This document shows, piece after piece, positions 58,598 to 64,000 of a stretch of DNA of 64,000 nucleotides. The position numbers and the translations under genes were made by a program. This DNA comes from Eledone cirrhosa. Its lineage: Eukaryota. A model generated the notes under the pieces. That model worked only from the letters and a program-made list of their open reading frames with translations. It searched no databases and was not told where the DNA came from. How positions within the stretch are numbered: the first letter of the stretch is position 1; each line of letters starts with the position of its first letter. The stretch is from positions 10,416,001-10,480,000 of the forward strand of contig OZ024759.1 of assembly GCA_964016885.1 (NCBI GenBank). The letters are read 5' to 3'.

Positions 58598-60348
58598 GTA
58601 AGACAAGTTCCCTACCTTATCTTAACTACTTAGTCTTGCCAGGTGAGACAAGTTCCCTACTTTATCTTAACTACTTAGTCTTGCCAGGTAAGACAAGTTC
58701 CCTACCTTATCTTAACTACTTAGTCTTGCCAGGTGAGACAAGTTCCCTACTTTATCTTAACTACTTAGTCTTGCCAGGTAAGACAAGTTCCCTACCTTAT
58801 CTTAACTACTTAGTCTTGCCAGGTGAGACAGGTTCCCTACTTTATCTTAACTACTTAGTCTTGCCAGCCAGCCAGGTAAGACAAGTTCCCTACCTTATCT
58901 TAACTACTTAGTCTTGCCAGGTAAGACAAGTTCCCTACTTTATCTTAACTACTTAGTCTTGCCAGGTAAGACAAGTTCCCTACCTTATCTTAACTACTTA
59001 GTCTTGCCAGGTGAGACAAGTTCCCTACTTTATCTTAACTACTTAGTCTTGCCAGCCAGCCAGGTAAGACAAGTTCCCTACCTTATCTTAACTACTTAGT
59101 CTTGCCAGGTGAGACAAGTTCCCTACTTTATCTTAACTACTTAGTCTTGCCAGGTGAGACAAGTTCCCTACTTTATCTTAACTACTTAGTCTTGCCAGCC
59201 AGGTAAGACAAGTTCCCTACCTTATCTTAACTACATAGTCTTGCCAGGTGAGACAAGTTCCCTACTTTATCTTAACTACTTAGTCTTTCCAGGTGAGACA
59301 AGTTCCCTACTTTATCTTAACTACTTAGTCTTGCCAGGTGAGACAAGTTCCCTACCTTATCTTAACTACTTAGTCTTGCCAGGTGAGACAAGTTCCCTAC
59401 CTTATCTTAACTACTTAGTCTTGCCAGGTAAGACAGGTTCCCTACCTTATCTTAACTACTTAGTCTTGCCAGGTGAGACAAGTTCCCTACTTTATCTTAA
59501 CTACTTAGTCTTGCCAGGTAAGACAAGTTCCCTACCTTATCTTAACTACTTAGTCTTGCCAGGTAAGACAAGTTCCCTACCTTATCTTAACTACTTAGTC
59601 TTGCCAGGTGAGACAAGTTCCCTACCTTATCTTAACTACTTAGTCTTGCCAGGTGAGACAAGTTCCCTACTTTATCTTAACTACTTAGTCTTGCCAGCCA
59701 GCCAGGTGAGACAAGTTCCCTACCTTATCTTAACTACTTAGTCTTGCCAGGTAAGACAAGTTCCCTACCTTATCTTAACTACTTAGTCTTGCCAGGTGAG
59801 ACAAGTTCCCTACCTTATCTTAACTACTTAGTCTTGCCAGGTGAGACAAGTTCCCTACCTTATCTTAACTACTTAGTCTTGCCAGGTAAGACAAGTTCCC
59901 TACCTTATCTTAACTACTTAGTCTTGCCAGGTAAGACAAGTTCCCTACCTTATCTTAACTACTTAGTCTTGCCAGGTGAGACAAGTTCCCTACCTTATCT
60001 TAACTACTTAGTCTTGCCAGGTAAGACAAGTTCCCTACCTTATCTTAACTACTTAGTCTTGCCAGGTGAGACAAGTTCCCAACCTTATCTTAACTACTTA
60101 GTCTTGCCAGGTAAGACAAGTTCCCTACTTTATCTTAACTACTTAGTCTTGCCAGGTGAGACAAGTTCCCTACCTTATCTTAAGTACTTAGTCTTGCCAG
60201 GTGAGACAAGTTCCCTACCTTATCTTAACTACTTAGTCTTGCCAGGTAAGACAAGTTCCCTACCTTATCTTAACTACTTAGTCTTGCCAGGTAAGACAGG
60301 TTCCCTACCTTATCTTAACTACTTAGTCTTGCCAGCCAGGTTCCCTAC
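58576..60348 (+). repeat. 45-bp minisatellite (occasional 49/53-bp units) with 38 donor copies, made of the exon C end plus 5' splice site
   Basis: Unit CTTAGTCTTGCCAG|gtRagacaagttccctacYttatcttaacta. Donor junctions fall from 58597 to 60290 (37x45 plus 28 nt of extra CCAG). Confidence 0.97.
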
Positions 60349-60394
60349 ATAAAAACATCAGCCAATATCTTAACTCCTTGCTTGATTCACTTAG

Positions 60395-60835
60395 AGCAGA
60401 GTTTCCCAAACTTTTTCAAATGTTGAACCCTTTTTGGCTGAGAAACTTTTGTGGAAACCCCAAAGTCTAATACTATTATATCGACAGTCAATCGACAAGA
60501 TCCCACACCTCATTCACTTAACCAGTGGGGTGGAGCTCGTCAAATCGGACCGAGGAAACAATGTTTCCGTTGGTCTTTCCAATTGCTAATACTATCTATA
60601 GGTCCCAACTCCAGGGAGAAGGAGTAATGTGAAATAAAGTGTCTTGCCCAAGGACATAACGCATCGCCCGCTCCAGGAATCGAACTCACAACCTCACGAT
60701 TGTGATCCAATTCTCTAACCACTCAGCCACACACCAATTATACTGTTATATAGTCGTAATATAAATATACTCCTCTAACTTTTTTCATGGAACCCCAGAC
60801 ACTTCATTTGCGGACCTACTTTGGAAACCACAGAC
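60395..60835. mobile_element. Probable hAT-like MITE with a nested SINE D
   Basis: Imperfect TIRs cagagtttcccaaact and actttggaaaccacag. Confidence 0.5.
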
Positions 60836-61134
60836 TTAGATAGTGCAGGCAGCCCTTTCCTCCTGCCCCATGGCTTATACTAAATATACACCATGTATGT
60901 ATATTATATATGATGTCCAAGGGAAAGGCAAAGACCGATTCAGTTTGGCACCGGGGACGTTGCAACTTGCTTTCTCTAGCTGAGTGACTGGAACAATGTG
61001 AAATAAAGTGTCTTGTTGAAGGACACAATGCAGAACTAGCTCTAACTACTCAAACACACACTTTCATTTGAGAGTACGAGTGTTAGGTCAGCATTTTAAT
61101 ATGGTACTCTAGAGAAGTTGTCATGTCATACAAG

Positions 61135-61735
61135 AAGTAGTACCTCATTTACATGTTATATATAGAAGTAGAACCTCATTTATATCTGTTATATATAGAA
61201 GTACCTCATTTACATCTGTTATATATAGTAGTAGTACCTCATTTATATCTGTTATATATAGAAATAGTACCTCATTTACATCTGTTATATATAGAAGTAG
61301 TACCTCATTTACATCTGTTATATATAGCATTAGTACCTCATTTACATCTGTTATATATAGAAGTAGTACCTCATTTACATCTGTTATATATAGAAGTAGT
61401 ACCTCATATATGTTATATATAGAAGTAGTACCTCATTTATATCTGTTATATATAGAAGTAGTACCTCATTTACATCTGTTATATATAGAAGTAGTACCTC
61501 ATATATGTTATATATAGAAGTAGTACCTCATTTACATCTGTTATATATAGAAGTAGTATCTCATTTACATTTGTTATATATAGAAGTAGTACCTCATTTA
61601 CGTCTGTTATATATAGAAGTAGTACCTCATTTCTATCTGTTATATATATATAGAAGTAGTACCTCATTTACATCTGTTTTATATAGAAGTAGTACCTCAT
61701 TTACATCTGTTATATATAGTAGTACCTCATTTACG
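61135..61735. repeat. 33-bp minisatellite
   Basis: Unit tagaagtagtacctcatttacatctgttatata. Confidence 0.93.
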
Positions 61736-61861
61736 TACCTGTTACTGTATATTAAAAAATATCATCATCAGAGATTTCATTTACTCCCTCCTTGGTTTCC
61801 TAGCAACATCTATTGCAGGATACAGTTATTTACCACATAGCAGATGTTTTCCATGGCGTAT

Positions 61862-63550
61862 TGTTGTGAGGTTACCTACACTTGCATTATATAGTCTTGT
61901 GAGGTCAACTATACTTCCATTATATAGTGTACTGTTGTGAGGTCAACTATACTTCCATTATATAGTGTTGTGAGGTCAACTATACTTGCATTATATACTG
62001 TTGTGAGGTCAACTATACTTCCATTATATAGTGTTGTGAGGTCAACTATACTGCCATTATATAGTGTTGTGAGGTCAACTATACTTGCATTATATAGTGT
62101 TGTGAGGTCAACTAAACTTGCATTATATACTGTTGTGAGGTCAACTATACTTCCATTATATAGTGTTGTGAGGTCAACTATACTTGCATTATATAGTGTT
62201 GTGAGGTCAACTATACTTGCATTATATAGTGTTGTGAGGTCATCTATACTTCCATTATATAGTGTTGTGAGGTCAACTATACTTCCATTATATAGTGTTG
62301 TGAGGTCAACTATACTTGCATTATATACTGTTGTGAGGTCAACTATACTTGCATTATATAGTGTTGTGAGGTCAACTATACTTGCATTATATAGTGTTGT
62401 GAGGTCAACTATACTTGCATTATATAGTGTTGTGAGGTCAACTATACTTGCATTATATAGTGTTGTGAGGTCAACTATACTTCCATTATATAGTGTTGTG
62501 AGGTCAACTATACTTCCATTATATAGTGTTGTGAGGTCAACTATACTTGCATTATATAGTGTTGTGAGGTCAACTATACTTGCATTATATAGTGTTGTGA
62601 GGTCAACTATACTTGCATTATATAGTGTTGTGAGGTCAACTATACTTGCATTATATAGTGTACTGTTGTGAGGTCAACTATACTTCCATTATATAGTGTT
62701 GTGAGGTCAACTATACTTCCATTATATAGTGTTGTGAGGTCAACTATACTTCCATTATATAGTGTTGTGAGGTCAACTATACTTGCATTATATAGTGTTG
62801 TGAGGTCAACTATACTTGCATTATATAGTGTTGTGAGGTCAACTATACTTGCATTATATAGTGTTGTGAGGTCAACTATACTTGCATTATATACTGTTGT
62901 GAGGTCAACTATACTTGCATTATATAGTGTTGTGAGGTCAACTATACTTCCATTATATAGTGTTGTGAGGTCAACTATACTTCCATTATATAGTGTTGTG
63001 AGGTCATCTATACTTCCATTATATAGTGTTGTGAGGTCAACTATACTTCCATTATATAGTGTACTGTTGTGAGGTCAACTATACTTCCATTATATAGTGT
63101 TGTGAGGTCAACTATACTTCCATTATATAGTGTTGTGAGGTCAACTATACTTCCATTATATAGTGTTGTGAGGTCAACTATACTTGCATTATATAGTGTT
63201 GTGAGGTCAACTATACTTGCATTATATAGTGTTGCGAGGTCAACTATACTTGCATTATATACTGTTGTGAGGTCAACTATACTTGCATTATATAGTGTTG
63301 TGAGGTCAACTATACTTCCATTATATAGTGTTGTGAGGTCAACTATACTTCCATTATATAGTGTTGTGAGGTCATCTATACTTCCATTATATAGTGTTGT
63401 GAGGTCAACTATACTTCCATTATATAGTGTACTGTTGTGAGGTCAACTATACTTCCATTATATAGTGTTGTGAGGTCAACTATACTTCCATTATATAGTG
63501 TTGTGAGGTCAACTATACTTCCATTATATAGTGTTGTGAGGTCAACTATA
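61862..63550. repeat. 33-bp minisatellite, about 50 copies, with higher-order blocks, ending about 37 bp before the exon D acceptor
   Basis: Unit gtgttgtgaggtcaactatacttccattatata. A +5-nt variant marks blocks spaced 731, 401 and 368 bp. Confidence 0.96.
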
Positions 63551-63587
63551 TATACCTGTAATCTACTATTTACCTTTGTCTCTGCAG

Positions 63588-63713
63588 GTGCTTCTCTTGA
63601 ACAAATGCATATATTTGCTCTTGCACACATACTCCGACGTCCAATTGTTGTATATGGTGTAAAATATGTAAAGAGTTTCCGAGGTGAAACAATAGGCTAC
63701 GCTAGATTTCAGG
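63588..63713 (+). CDS. ZRANB1: TRABID/ZRANB1 exon D (126 bp, phase 1-1): (G)ASLEQMHIFALAHILRRPIVVYGVKYVKSFRGETIGYARFQ(G)
   Basis: Acceptor cctttgtctctgcag; donor gtaagt at 63714. Matches recalled TRABID GASLEQTHIFVLAHILRRPIIVYGVKYYKSFRGETLGYTRFQG. The gene continues beyond both window edges. Confidence 0.96.
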
Positions 63714-64000
63714 GTAAGTCATATACCACACCACACTACACTACACTGCACCACACTACACCATACTACACCACACCACACTACACTACACCGCACCGCA
63801 CCACACCACAGCACACTACACTACACTACACCGCACTACACCGCACCACACCACACTGCACCACACCACACTACACCGCACTACACTACACCACACTGCA
63901 CCACACCACACCACACCACGCCACGCTACAGCACACTGCACCGCACCACACTGCACTGCACCCCACACTACACTAGCCCCACACTAAACTACACTGCACT

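Overview
Repeat-rich eukaryotic intronic DNA, probably from an octopod cephalopod (inferred from the repeat landscape only, not proven). The window carries four short + strand coding exons (15310-15381, 29749-29947, 58479-58597, 63588-63713) of the OTU deubiquitinase TRABID/ZRANB1. They splice in matching phases across introns of about 14.4, 28.5 and 5.0 kb. The introns hold an intact RTE LINE (1021-aa ORF), a SINE family that shares both its 5'-UTR motif and its 3' end, other SINEs, Helitron and piggyBac-like non-autonomous elements, foldback hairpins, a degenerate minimal hammerhead-like motif and more than 12 minisatellites. The most striking observation is that two minisatellites are amplified TRABID splice junctions. 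A 48-bp unit copies the 3' splice site plus exon start 31 times, all in frame and stop-free. A 45-bp unit copies the exon end plus 5' splice site 38 times, and each junction reads CAG|GTRAG like a recursive splice site. Most long ORFs in the supplied track are satellite read-throughs, not genes. Coordinates and copy counts were made by hand, and repeat boundaries are approximate.
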